From Candidatus Iainarchaeum sp. (GTDB lineage Archaea > Iainarchaeota > Iainarchaeia > Iainarchaeales > VGJJ01): 64,000 nucleotides of DNA. The notes under the pieces were generated by a model that saw only the letters and a list, made by a program, of their open reading frames with translations, did no database searches and had not been told where the DNA came from. The translations under genes were made by a program, and so were the position numbers. Below are positions 17,594-26,359 of this stretch, piece by piece. Numbering within the stretch: the stretch's first letter is position 1; each line of letters opens with the position of its first letter. The stretch covers positions 5,104-69,103 of the forward strand of contig JACQJG010000009.1 of assembly GCA_016198125.1 (NCBI GenBank), given 5' to 3'.

Positions 17594-18187
17594 ATGGACT
17601 ATACGATCGTCAACCTGGTGGCCAGCGCAAACCTGAATGCCACGCTGGATTTGTATAACTTGGCCATGAGCATTCCAAACATTGAATATGAACCTGAACA
17701 GTTTCCAGGCGCGATTTTAAAGTTAAAAGAACCCAAAGTAAGCATGCTGTTGTTCAAGAATGGGAAAGTCATTTGCTCGGGGGCAAGCAAGGAAGAGGAA
17801 ATTTCTTTGGGCATTCGAAAAGCCAGCAAGCTCATTCACGAGGTTCAACCCAAAGTAAAAGTTGTAGAACACGTGGAATACGAGGTCGTAAACCTTGTGG
17901 CCACTGCAAACTTAAACCAGTCCTTGGACTTGTTCAACACGGCCATGCAATTGGATAATGTGGAGTACGAACCTGAACAGTTTCCCGGCGCAATACTGCG
18001 CATCCACGAACCCAAACTCACATTGCTGTTATTCAAAAACGGAAAAGTCATTTGCGCGGGTGCAAAGCGTGAAAGCGATTTGCAGGCAGGCCTGCAGAAA
18101 GCCGCAGACCTGATCAATGGCATGGCAAAAAAAGAAAAGGAAGCCAAGGCCAGCGCCAAGGTTGAAAAAACAGGCAAGCGGAGATAA
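17594..18187 (+). CDS. tbp: TATA-box-binding protein
   Basis: Two direct repeats, IVNLVASANLN...EYEPEQFPGAILKL and VVNLVATANLN...EYEPEQFPGAILRI. The C-terminal tail is basic (KKEKEAKASAKVEKTGKRR). Confidence 0.95.
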   Translation: MDYTIVNLVASANLNATLDLYNLAMSIPNIEYEPEQFPGAILKLKEPKVSMLLFKNGKVICSGASKEEEISLGIRKASKLIHEVQPKVKVVEHVEYEVVNLVATANLNQSLDLFNTAMQLDNVEYEPEQFPGAILRIHEPKLTLLLFKNGKVICAGAKRESDLQAGLQKAADLINGMAKKEKEAKASAKVEKTGKRR

Positions 18188-18188
18188 T

Positions 18189-18201
18189 AAAAAAAAAAAA
18201 A
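18189..18201 (-). terminator. T13 run (A13 on the plus strand) downstream of the cupredoxin-like gene
   Basis: Oligo-T tracts act as archaeal intrinsic terminators. The tract sits between convergent tbp and the minus-strand gene. Confidence 0.45.
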
Positions 18202-18232
18202 TGAAGGGCCGGTTTTCTTTCCCGCCCTTGCC

Positions 18233-18673
18233 TTACCCTACTACAATGACCTTGCCAAATGTGGCTGCATCCACGTGATTGTGGTACGGCCATTCTCCTG
18301 CTTCGTTGAACACAAAGGAATACGATTCTCCGCTTGCAAGTTCTTTGCACGCATCAAAAGTCGTGGAAGCCTCTGGAGTGTTGCACTTTGCAATGCTGGA
18401 CCCTGGATACTTTTCATGGGTTGGGTGCACGGCGCTTGCAGGCCAGTTTGGGCTGTCCGCTGTGTTGACCCACGTGACTGTGCCTCCTTTCTTAACGGTA
18501 ACGGATTGAGGATCATACCCGTTGGATGTAATGTTTACTGTTGCGCTCATGGAAGCCGAAGCCGGGTTGGCAGGGGTTGGAGTTTGTTGGCTGGTTGAAC
18601 CTGTCTGGGCGCACCCTGCAAGCACCAGCAAGGCCATTACCCCTATTACGGGAAATAAACGCGTTTGTTTCAT
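18233..18673 (-). CDS. cupredoxin-like lipoprotein, copper ligands apparently degenerate
   Basis: Start chosen at the Met preceding a signal peptide with lipobox LLVLAGC. The fold pattern is SVTVKKGGTVTWVNT...WPYHNHVDAATFGKVIVVG. The usual YHCxxH...M ligand set reads YHNH...F here. Confidence 0.55.
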   Translation of the reverse strand: MKQTRLFPVIGVMALLVLAGCAQTGSTSQQTPTPANPASASMSATVNITSNGYDPQSVTVKKGGTVTWVNTADSPNWPASAVHPTHEKYPGSSIAKCNTPEASTTFDACKELASGESYSFVFNEAGEWPYHNHVDAATFGKVIVVG

Positions 18674-18900
18674 GCAATACCTCCCCCTTTGAAAAAAGGT
18701 ACAAACATACACGCGCATCTTTTTAAAAAACAGGTTGGCCGGCGATGGTCAAAAAAGTGAATAAAAGCCATTCCGTTCCTTAGCCCCTGCCCTTCACTTG
18801 AAAACGGGTCTGGAACGCTTGGAACCGTCAAAGAATAGCTGAGAAAAAGGCACAGGATTCTGCGTAAAAGAAGGCAAAGGCGCGCCCGCAACTCCAAACG

Positions 18901-18910
18901 CTTTTAAACC
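18901..18910 (+). promoter_or_regulatory. TATA-like box (CTTTTAAACC) of the 5S rRNA gene
   Basis: Lies about 22-30 nt upstream of the predicted 5S 5-prime end. Confidence 0.5.
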
Positions 18911-18930
18911 TTGTCCTGGAATATTCCATG

Positions 18931-19049
18931 TGATTAGCGGCCATAGTTGCCGGGAAACACCTGGACCCTTTTCGAACCCAGAAGTTAAGACGGCAAACGT
19001 TGCCATTGCACTGGGATTTCTCCTGGAGCGGTGCAACCGCTGCTAATCA
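18931..19049 (+). rRNA. rrn5: 5S ribosomal RNA (isolated gene)
   Basis: GGCCATAGTTGCCGGGAAACACCTGGACCCTTTTCGAACCCAGAAGTTAAGACGGCAAACGTTG aligns with the conserved archaeal 5S core (GGCCAYAG...CCGAACCC.GAAGTTAAG). The termini GATTAGCGG / CCGCTGCTAATC pair as helix I. Confidence 0.9.
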
Positions 19050-19137
19050 CTTTACGTTTTTTAACCTGTTCAATGCAACCATGCACTGCTCAAAAAAGGA
19101 CACTTCACTGCTTAAAATAAAGGGCTGTGCAAAAAAC

Positions 19138-19147
19138 ATTTATATTT
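19138..19147 (+). promoter_or_regulatory. TATA-like box (ATTTATATTT) of the S8 protease gene
   Basis: Lies about 25 nt upstream of the ATG at 19168, consistent with a leaderless or short-leader mRNA. Confidence 0.5.
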
Positions 19148-19167
19148 CGTCTTCTCTTAACCCGTTA

Positions 19168-21708
19168 ATGAAGAATAGTGCGAAAAAGTCCACCCAGTTG
19201 GACCGTATCAAAAAACTGGGCCCCATTGGAATTATTCTCCTAATCCTTATTTCCATTCTCTTGGTTGAATACATTCTTCCTGAAAAATTCTCTGGAATCG
19301 GAAAAGTTTTCAATCAAGCAATAGAACCTCTCCCTTCAGCGGGAAGTTTTGTCCCCGGCCGCGTGCTCGTCGGGTTCCTTGCGGTTGAACAAGCCGGTAT
19401 TGAGTCAGCGATTGCGGAAGCCGAGGCAACCAAAATCATCCAGGATGCTGTTCCCGGCGCTTCAATCAACCCGTCCCCAAGCTTCGAATCGCTCAAGCCG
19501 TTGGGAATTTACGTGGTCTCCGTCCAACCGGGCACGGAAAGCGCCGCTGTCAGCGCGCTCGTGCGGCAGCAAAAGGTGAAGTTTGCGGAACTGGATGAAA
19601 AAGTTCTCCCCGCTGTAGAACCGAACGATCCATGGTATGCGAACTGGGAATATTGGCTGAAGGAAATTGGCATGCCGAACGTCTGGGACATCACGAAGGG
19701 AAGCGAGAGTATCTACATCGCCATCCTGGACAGCGGGGTTGAAACCGCCCACGAGGATCTGAGCCCTGTCCTCCTCCCGGGCTGGAACGTGGTAAAAAAC
19801 AACAACGACGTTGAAGACTCTCCGACGAATGGACATGGCACCGCTACCCTGGGAACTGCCGGCGCCGCCACCAACAATGCCAAGCACGTGTCCAGCGTCG
19901 CCGGCTGGGTCAATGCCCAAGGCCAGAAGAAGATCATGATCCCCGTGAAGATAACGGATGACCTGGGATATACTACGTATTCAAACGTTGCCAGCGGCAT
20001 CACGTGGGTCAAAAACAACTATCCGCAAGCGCGGGTCATTAGCATCAGTTACGCACCATTGGAAGGCAGTTCAACGGTGAAATCCGCAGCGCAGGCATTC
20101 AAGACCACAAACAATGGGCTGGTTATTACCGGATCAGGGAATGACGGTGTATTGCTCTCGCAGCCGAATGTCCCGGAACTCATCACAGTGGGCGCCAATG
20201 CTGTTGACGACAAGAAGGCAAGCTTTTCAAATTATGGGGCCGTCGTTGATATATGCGCCCCCGGCACTGATAGGACAACGGTTCCCGGGAACACTGTAGC
20301 TACGGTTGGCGGGACTTCGATTTCCGCCCCCTATATCGCTGGCGTGGTCCAGATGGTCATGTCCGCGAACCCGTCCCTGCCCAATACCGAAGTCGAGAGC
20401 ATTTTGAAGTCGACCGCGGCTGATGTTGATCCAACGAATTATCCCGGCCCGGACATTCTCTGCGGCGCCGGTCGAGTCAACGCATACGCCGCCGTCCTCG
20501 CCGCCCTGGGCAGTGCCCAGGACACCACGCCTCCAACTGTTTCGATTACTTCTCCAAATAGCGGCGCCACGGTTTCGGGGATGATTACTGTTGCGGCCAC
20601 TGCCTCGGATAATGTGGGCGTGACAAAAGTCGACTTCGCGGTCGACGGACAGATCAAGGCAACCGATACGAGCAGCCTGTACAGCTTCCTCTGGGATACT
20701 AGCACGATCCCCAACGGGGCGCACACGGTTGCTGCCACGGCTTTTGACGCCGCTGGAAATGTTGGCACCCACCAGATCACAGTCAGCGTGAGCAACGCTC
20801 CGGATACCACTCCACCGACAGTCACCCTTAACATTCCCGTCGAGGGAGCCATTGTCTTAGGCCTGGTGCCGGTGTCCGCTTCCGCTTCAGACAACGTTGG
20901 GGTGACGAAAGTCAACTTCTTCGTCCTCACCAATCCGGTCTATCCCCTGGGCACGGATACCACGCTCCCCTACAACGTCTTCTGGGACTCAACCGCCACC
21001 AGCTTGGACGGTTCCGGAAATCCCCAGTTTCCTGACGGCCCGTACGTCCTGCAGGTTACCGCGCTCGACGCGGCCTTCAACTACGCCTCGGACCAGCACA
21101 CCGTCATCGTCAAGAACGCGCCCGACGCGGTCCCGCCGACGGTTACGATTACCGCCCCCGCGGATGGCCAGCAGGTCGGCGGTCTGGTCAGTATCCAAGC
21201 TACGGCCGCCGATAACCTTGGCGTGAAGCAAGTCACCTTCAGCGTCGACGGCGTCACGCTCGCCATTGATACCACTGCCCCTTATAGTGCTGTCTGGGAT
21301 TCCAAGGGTGTGAAAGCCGGCTGGCACACCATCACCGCCATCGCTCAAGACATGGACGGCAATCCCGCCCAGGATTCAGTCGCGGTCGAAACCGGAGTGC
21401 CCGACATCGATGCGACGAAACCGGATCATACTCCACCAGTTGTCACCATCCTCAGTCCCGCGAACGGCGCGCAACTCCCGAATGGGGGTTTTGTGGGCGT
21501 AGTTGTGAGTGCGAGTGATGCGAGCGGGATCAGTCTCTTGACGATTAAGATTGATGGTTCCCTCAAAGCCTCTTGCGCCGCCACAACGTGCTCATACAAC
21601 TGGAAAATGGCCGGCCTCCCAAACGGGCCGCATGTAGTTGAAGCAGAGGCCACGGATGGCTCCCCGAACGCGAATAAAGCAAGCACGAACATAACCGTGA
21701 CAAAGTAA
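19168..21708 (+). CDS. secreted/anchored subtilisin-like (S8) serine protease with four C-terminal Ig-like domains
   Basis: Start moved from 19000, where the track ORF overlaps the 5S gene, to the in-frame ATG at 19168 (MKNSAKK... plus TM helix IGIILLILISILLV). Catalytic triad contexts are AILDSGV, NGHGTATLG and GGTSISAPYIAG. Confidence 0.85.
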   Translation: MKNSAKKSTQLDRIKKLGPIGIILLILISILLVEYILPEKFSGIGKVFNQAIEPLPSAGSFVPGRVLVGFLAVEQAGIESAIAEAEATKIIQDAVPGASINPSPSFESLKPLGIYVVSVQPGTESAAVSALVRQQKVKFAELDEKVLPAVEPNDPWYANWEYWLKEIGMPNVWDITKGSESIYIAILDSGVETAHEDLSPVLLPGWNVVKNNNDVEDSPTNGHGTATLGTAGAATNNAKHVSSVAGWVNAQGQKKIMIPVKITDDLGYTTYSNVASGITWVKNNYPQARVISISYAPLEGSSTVKSAAQAFKTTNNGLVITGSGNDGVLLSQPNVPELITVGANAVDDKKASFSNYGAVVDICAPGTDRTTVPGNTVATVGGTSISAPYIAGVVQMVMSANPSLPNTEVESILKSTAADVDPTNYPGPDILCGAGRVNAYAAVLAALGSAQDTTPPTVSITSPNSGATVSGMITVAATASDNVGVTKVDFAVDGQIKATDTSSLYSFLWDTSTIPNGAHTVAATAFDAAGNVGTHQITVSVSNAPDTTPPTVTLNIPVEGAIVLGLVPVSASASDNVGVTKVNFFVLTNPVYPLGTDTTLPYNVFWDSTATSLDGSGNPQFPDGPYVLQVTALDAAFNYASDQHTVIVKNAPDAVPPTVTITAPADGQQVGGLVSIQATAADNLGVKQVTFSVDGVTLAIDTTAPYSAVWDSKGVKAGWHTITAIAQDMDGNPAQDSVAVETGVPDIDATKPDHTPPVVTILSPANGAQLPNGGFVGVVVSASDASGISLLTIKIDGSLKASCAATTCSYNWKMAGLPNGPHVVEAEATDGSPNANKASTNITVTK
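20521..21705 (+). repeat. four tandem Ig-like domain repeats (~94-107 aa each) within the S8 protease
   Basis: Units start at 20521 (DTTPPTVSITSP), 20803 (DTTPPTVTLNIP), 21124 (DAVPPTVTITAP) and 21424 (DHTPPVVTILSP). The first three contain A.ASDNvGVtkV.F.VDG, with DASGISLL in the fourth. Confidence 0.8.
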
Positions 21709-21780
21709 AATTATCTATGAGTTCATTACCGGGCTTTGGCAGATATACGCTTATATATTACTTTTTTCTTAACTTGCCCT

Positions 21781-22620
21781 ATGAAGGGTGCAAAGTCTGA
21801 TGACTCGTTTACCGCCCCTCGTTTTGGCTGGGTGCACGTGCTGGGCATTGCCTTGGTTGCAAGCATCCTGGTTGGATTTGTTTCCTATTCTTTTGGCCAG
21901 GCCGCAGGGCCTGACGTGTCCCATCTCCTCCAGCAAATCAAAACCGCGTCAGGGGCTTCGGTGGACGCAGATGCAGATGACGTGATTGACCTTGCAGCCA
22001 CGGTGCTTGACGGGGCCATTACAACCATTAAATTGGCCAACTTGGCAGTCACCACGCCCAAAATAAGTGATGAGGCGGTAACCACTCCAAAAATTGCGGA
22101 CAACGCAGTTGATTCTGCAAAAATCGCAGACAACTCAATTGTGAACAAAAAAGTTTCAGACAGCGCGGTTTCCACTTCCAAGATAGAAGACAATGCAATT
22201 ACCAGTTCAAAAATTTCCGGCAACGCTGTGACTTCCTCCAAGATTTTGGACGGTGAGATTAAAACCCAGGACCTTGCGAACGCTTCCGTTACCCCTCAAA
22301 AGTTGAGCGAATCCTATTGTAAAAGTGACGGCACCAATTGCGCGTTTTCAGGGTGGACGTTTTACACAAACAACGCGCACAAAAGTGTTAACGACACTGA
22401 AGTCGCAGAGGTGAGCGTGTACTGTGATACTGTACAAGACGTGCGCATTGCGTGCTGGGGAAGTTATGACCCTGGTTCCACAAATGGACCTGACGAGTTC
22501 AGGCAAACGCCGGTGGACAAGGCCGATGGAACAAACGGGTGCAAGGCCAAGGCAGATTACACGGATAAGGAAGACAGTGAAGTGTGGGCGTATGTGACGT
22601 GCGCGCGCCAAGTGCCTTGA
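21781..22620 (+). CDS. membrane-anchored surface protein with decapeptide fibre-like repeats and a Cys-rich C-terminal domain
   Basis: ATG at 21781 (the track TTG is at 21736). N-terminal TM helix VHVLGIALVASILVGFV, then ten 10-aa repeats, then a C-terminal ~100 aa with 6 Cys. Confidence 0.6.
   Translation: MKGAKSDDSFTAPRFGWVHVLGIALVASILVGFVSYSFGQAAGPDVSHLLQQIKTASGASVDADADDVIDLAATVLDGAITTIKLANLAVTTPKISDEAVTTPKIADNAVDSAKIADNSIVNKKVSDSAVSTSKIEDNAITSSKISGNAVTSSKILDGEIKTQDLANASVTPQKLSESYCKSDGTNCAFSGWTFYTNNAHKSVNDTEVAEVSVYCDTVQDVRIACWGSYDPGSTNGPDEFRQTPVDKADGTNGCKAKADYTDKEDSEVWAYVTCARQVP
22015..22314 (+). repeat. 10 x 30-nt (decapeptide) tandem repeat, consensus A-V-T-t-x-K-I-x-D-n
   Basis: AITTIKLANL AVTTPKISDE AVTTPKIADN AVDSAKIADN SIVNKKVSDS AVSTSKIEDN AITSSKISGN AVTSSKILDG EIKTQDLANA SVTPQKLSES. 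Confidence 0.85.
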
Positions 22621-22639
22621 AGGCTTTCAAATCCGTTGG

Positions 22640-22652
22640 GTTTTATAAAAAC
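22640..22652 (+). promoter_or_regulatory. TATA-like box (GTTTTATAAAAAC) of aglB
   Basis: Lies about 25 nt upstream of the ATG at 22675 and inside the longer TTG-initiated track ORF, which argues for the shorter start. Confidence 0.5.
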
Positions 22653-22674
22653 ATGGGGGTTGGAGTTTTACTTA

Positions 22675-24753
22675 ATGAATGCAATGATTGAAGGCTTTAA
22701 AACGCGGTTGAAATGGCTGGGTTCAAGGGAATTCTTTTTCGTGGCGCTTGTGTTCCTGCTTGCGTTTTCCATTCGCGGGCACCTGTTGCGGTATGAACTG
22801 TTCTTCGAATTTGATTCCTACTGGCATGCACGCATGGTGTCGTATGTCCTTCAAAATGGATGGGTGCCTGTGCGCGATCCGTTGGCGTATTACCAGCTTG
22901 GCGGTGCGCCCATTGACACGGTGAATTACCTTTTTTGGATTGCAAGCACATTCATGTACAAGGTTTTCACTCTTGGTGCAATGTACAACAAGCAATTGTG
23001 GATTGAATTTGTGAAATTCCTGCCTGCGTTTTATGGCGCACTCATTTCAGTGGTGGCTTATTTTTTGGGAAAGGAATGGTTTGGAAAAAAAATGGGAGTT
23101 GCTGCAGGGCTGATGGCAGGCCTCATGGCCGCGTCCATTCCTGCTTTTGTGTACAGGACCATGGCGGGTTTTTTTGAAGACGATTCTTTTGGGTTCCTGT
23201 GGCTTGCCCTGGGGTATTACTTTTTCATTAAAGCCGTAAATGGGACTCCCTCTTTGGACCGCGCGCGCATGGTACATGCAGGACTTGCAGGAATCATGTT
23301 TGGCGCCATGGCGGCTTCCTGGGACGGCTACTTTTTGGTGGTATTAACCATGCTACCCTTCCTCTTGTTTGCATTCGTTAAATTGTGGGGCGAGCATGGA
23401 CTGAAAACAGCCAAACATTTTGCAGGATTGTGGGTTATTTCAATGCTTGTTTTCAGCGCAATCACCACCCTGGTGAGGGGAACCCAGTGGTTAAACACGG
23501 TGATAAGCATTCTAACGTTTGGTACAACGCTTCCATTGGCCTTGATTGCATTTGGAATCGTGGGGCTGATTGTGATTGGGGGCGCGTTGTTCATGGTGTT
23601 TGAACGCCAACAGAGTAGTGCTTCACACAAAGGGTTGAGGCTGGCTGGACTTGCATTCATGTACTTGTTTGTTGTTGCACTGGTGTACTTTTCAGGTACG
23701 TATCAAGCGCGGGCAAACACGGTTACTGGCTTAAGTGTGGGAGAAGAAAACATTGGAAGCCAGTTTTTTGGAAACAAGTATAGTTTTCTCGCATGGGTGC
23801 CATTCGTTGTATTGCTTATAACCCCCTGGATTGTATTCAGGAAAAAAGATGGACATACGCTTGCATTGCTTCATGCCTGGACGGGGGTAAGCCTGTTCAT
23901 GGCCTGGCAGAAACTCAAGTGGACTTTTCTTTTGGGACTGCCTTTGGGCATTGGACTCGCATTCTTATGCGTGGAAGCGTTTGCGTTTTTCCGAAACAGG
24001 AGCGGTTTGGAACGAAAAGTTGTTGGAGTGGCTGGCGCGTTTTTCCTGTTGATGGGCGTGGCCGCGGGCATGTTTTTTGTGACCCAAAACACGCCCAACA
24101 TTGAAATGAGCAACGGGTGGAAGGAAGTTCTTCCCTGGGTGAGTGACAACCTTCCGGAGGGCGCGCGCATGTTCAACTGGTGGGATGAAGGCCATTGGAT
24201 CAGCTTCCTGGGGGAACGCGCAGTGTACCTGGACAACCGGAATTATGATTCCAATGGAAATTCCCAGTACGGGCTTTTCGCGTTAAACGAGGATGAGGAA
24301 TCCGCATACCAAGCCCCGAAGAATGTGGGAGCGAATTATTGGATTGTGGGAAACGACCAGCTGGGCAGACTCAACAGTTTTGCTTTGTATGGGTACAATG
24401 TGACGAATTACAATGATCCGCGCGTGTCTGCATATGTTGGCATTGCAATGCCCTGTTCAAAATCCACGAATAACCTCACGGGTGAAACGAGTTATGCGTG
24501 CGCAGGCAATGTGTTGAATGAACAGCAAATGCTGAATTTGCCTGTGGGATGGGGTACGATTCCCAACCAGCTCATTGATAACCGCATTCCCATGTTTGCC
24601 TACCGGGAGAAAGACCATTCGTCTATTTACCTTTTCAATGTCCCGGCAAACAAGTCGTTGCTTGTACGCGCATGGTTTGGCGATCCCACGCTCAGGCACT
24701 TCAAGGAAATCCACCAGGAAAAAGGCGTTAAAGTGTTCCAGCTTGTTGACTGA
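22675..24753 (+). CDS. aglB: archaeal oligosaccharyltransferase AglB (STT3 family)
   Basis: Multi-spanning N-terminal domain with acidic loop motifs (EFDSYWH, FFEDDSFG). The WWDYG-type catalytic motif is present as NWWDEGHWISF. A soluble C-terminal domain follows. Confidence 0.9.
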   Translation: MNAMIEGFKTRLKWLGSREFFFVALVFLLAFSIRGHLLRYELFFEFDSYWHARMVSYVLQNGWVPVRDPLAYYQLGGAPIDTVNYLFWIASTFMYKVFTLGAMYNKQLWIEFVKFLPAFYGALISVVAYFLGKEWFGKKMGVAAGLMAGLMAASIPAFVYRTMAGFFEDDSFGFLWLALGYYFFIKAVNGTPSLDRARMVHAGLAGIMFGAMAASWDGYFLVVLTMLPFLLFAFVKLWGEHGLKTAKHFAGLWVISMLVFSAITTLVRGTQWLNTVISILTFGTTLPLALIAFGIVGLIVIGGALFMVFERQQSSASHKGLRLAGLAFMYLFVVALVYFSGTYQARANTVTGLSVGEENIGSQFFGNKYSFLAWVPFVVLLITPWIVFRKKDGHTLALLHAWTGVSLFMAWQKLKWTFLLGLPLGIGLAFLCVEAFAFFRNRSGLERKVVGVAGAFFLLMGVAAGMFFVTQNTPNIEMSNGWKEVLPWVSDNLPEGARMFNWWDEGHWISFLGERAVYLDNRNYDSNGNSQYGLFALNEDEESAYQAPKNVGANYWIVGNDQLGRLNSFALYGYNVTNYNDPRVSAYVGIAMPCSKSTNNLTGETSYACAGNVLNEQQMLNLPVGWGTIPNQLIDNRIPMFAYREKDHSSIYLFNVPANKSLLVRAWFGDPTLRHFKEIHQEKGVKVFQLVD

Positions 24754-24761
24754 GTTCCACG

Positions 24762-24785
24762 CCTTGTACCAGTACTCATTTAAAG
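24762..24785 (+). promoter_or_regulatory. CCTTGTACCAG motif plus TATA-like box (TCATTTAAAG) upstream of the aglH-alg14-alg13 operon
   Basis: Motif at 24762-24772, TATA at 24776-24785, ATG at 24819. This is one of several promoter-proximal TTGTACCA sites in the cluster. Confidence 0.45.
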
Positions 24786-24818
24786 CATGCGTTTTCCATT
24801 TCTTTTAGTGGGCTTTGC

Positions 24819-25916
24819 ATGCTTAAACTGTTGTCTAAACGGGTATTCTTTTTGCTGATTCTGGCATTCCTTATTGCACTCACCCGCATTGAAGCCTTGG
24901 TGGCCCTTATCGTATTTGTCATGTCTGCCACGCTGGTTTTTACCATTGTTCCATTTCTTGCCCACCGCATGAAACTTAGGGGTATTGTGGGAAAAGACAT
25001 GAACAAGTTCCACAAACCGGAAGTGCCAGAAATGGGGGGCATTGCAGTCATGCTGGGGTTTTTCGCAAGCGTTATTCTTGCACTCGTTTATTACGCGTAC
25101 CTCCACTTTTTTCCCGGATTGAATCTCACTGCGTTGCTTGCAGGCCTTCTCACTATTACCTTGGTGGGTTTTTTGGGCGTATTGGATGACCTGGTGGGAT
25201 GGAAGCAGGGCATCCGGCAATGGCAGCATGCCATCGTACCTGTTTTTGCAGCGCTCCCCTTGATGGCATTGCCTGAGGCGGTTGGATTCACTTCCATCAG
25301 CGTGCCTTTTTTTGGAGCGGTTCAACTGGGAATACTGTATTCTCTTGTCCTTGTGCCCATCGGCATTACTGGGGCCAGCAATGCGTCCAACATGCTTGCA
25401 GGATTTAATGGATTGGAAGCCGGCATGGGGCTTATTAATGCGTTGACTGTTTTGGCTGTTGCGTTCATTCTTGGAGAAATGGAAGCGGTTATTCTCATGG
25501 CTGGCCTGGCAGGGGCATTGGCTGCTTTTTTGTGGTTCAACTGGTATCCTGCAAAGATATTTCCAGGGGATTCACTAACGCTTATGACTGGGGCAGGAAT
25601 TGCGGCTGCAGTCATCATTGGCAACATGGAAAAAATTGGCATCATGCTGTTTGCCCTGTATTTTGTTGAGTTTGCATTCAAGGCCAAGCACAAATTCCAA
25701 AGCGAGTGTTTTGGTATTCCCCAAGCAGATGGAACCCTTAAAGCAAGCCCAAAAGGGGGAAGTGTAACCCACTGGATTATGAAACATGGAAAATTCACTG
25801 AGCCCCAGGTAACAGGCATCATTTTGACTGTGCAGGGAATTATCGCATTGATTGTATTTGTGTTATTCCTGCAGGGGTATCAGCTGGGCGTAAGCCAGGG
25901 GTTTGTGAAAGTATGA
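24819..25916 (+). CDS. aglH: polyprenyl-phosphate HexNAc-1-phosphate transferase (GPT/MraY/WecA family; AglH/Alg7-like)
   Basis: Polytopic protein with VLDDLVGWK, NASNMLAGFNGLEAG and IFPGDSLTL motifs characteristic of the family. Confidence 0.85.
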   Translation: MLKLLSKRVFFLLILAFLIALTRIEALVALIVFVMSATLVFTIVPFLAHRMKLRGIVGKDMNKFHKPEVPEMGGIAVMLGFFASVILALVYYAYLHFFPGLNLTALLAGLLTITLVGFLGVLDDLVGWKQGIRQWQHAIVPVFAALPLMALPEAVGFTSISVPFFGAVQLGILYSLVLVPIGITGASNASNMLAGFNGLEAGMGLINALTVLAVAFILGEMEAVILMAGLAGALAAFLWFNWYPAKIFPGDSLTLMTGAGIAAAVIIGNMEKIGIMLFALYFVEFAFKAKHKFQSECFGIPQADGTLKASPKGGSVTHWIMKHGKFTEPQVTGIILTVQGIIALIVFVLFLQGYQLGVSQGFVKV

Positions 25917-26359
25917 AGGTGTGCATTGCGGCTTCCGCAGGCGGGCATTTGACTGAAGTCTTGCAGGTGCATGAGGCATGGAAGAACGTGGACCATTTTT
26001 TTGTTTCGGATAAAAGGGAAAATGCCGTTGAATTGGCGAAAAAGGAAAAGGTATTCTTTGTCGCGTGCCCGCGGAGAAATCCTTTGCATTTGGCCCAAAG
26101 TTTTATGCAATCGTTCAAGCTTTTCGTTGTCCAAAAACCCGATGTAGTTATTTCCACGGGCGCAGACACTGCCATTTCTACGTGCCTTATTGCCAAACTG
26201 TTTGGAAAAAAAGTCATTTTCATTGAAAGCTATGCACGCATTTCAAGTCCAAGTCTTTCGGGCAAAATCATGTATCCATTGGCGGACCTTTTTCTTGTGC
26301 AATGGAAGCAGAACCTTTCCTTTTTTCCAAAAGCAATTTTTGCAGGGAGCGTGTTCTAA
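25913..26359 (+). CDS. Alg14-like membrane-associating subunit of a split GT28-type glycosyltransferase (PssD/Cps14F family)
   Basis: Contains MKVCIAASAGGHLTEVLQV...VVISTGADTA...IFIESYARISSPSLSGK. The start overlaps the aglH stop. Confidence 0.8.
   Translation: MKVCIAASAGGHLTEVLQVHEAWKNVDHFFVSDKRENAVELAKKEKVFFVACPRRNPLHLAQSFMQSFKLFVVQKPDVVISTGADTAISTCLIAKLFGKKVIFIESYARISSPSLSGKIMYPLADLFLVQWKQNLSFFPKAIFAGSVF

Noticed and set aside
18674-18930. A 257-nt spacer between the cupredoxin-like gene and the 5S gene, inspected for a small RNA (C/D box) or small ORF.
   Set aside because: A CTGA is present, but there is no suitably spaced RUGAUGA box, no convincing hairpins and no conserved ORF. Only the two promoters are supported.
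19000-19167. N-terminal 56 codons of track ORF 19000..21708.
   Set aside because: They overlap the 3-prime part of the 5S rRNA gene and the protease promoter. The in-frame ATG at 19168 is preceded by a TATA-like box and starts a typical signal/anchor.
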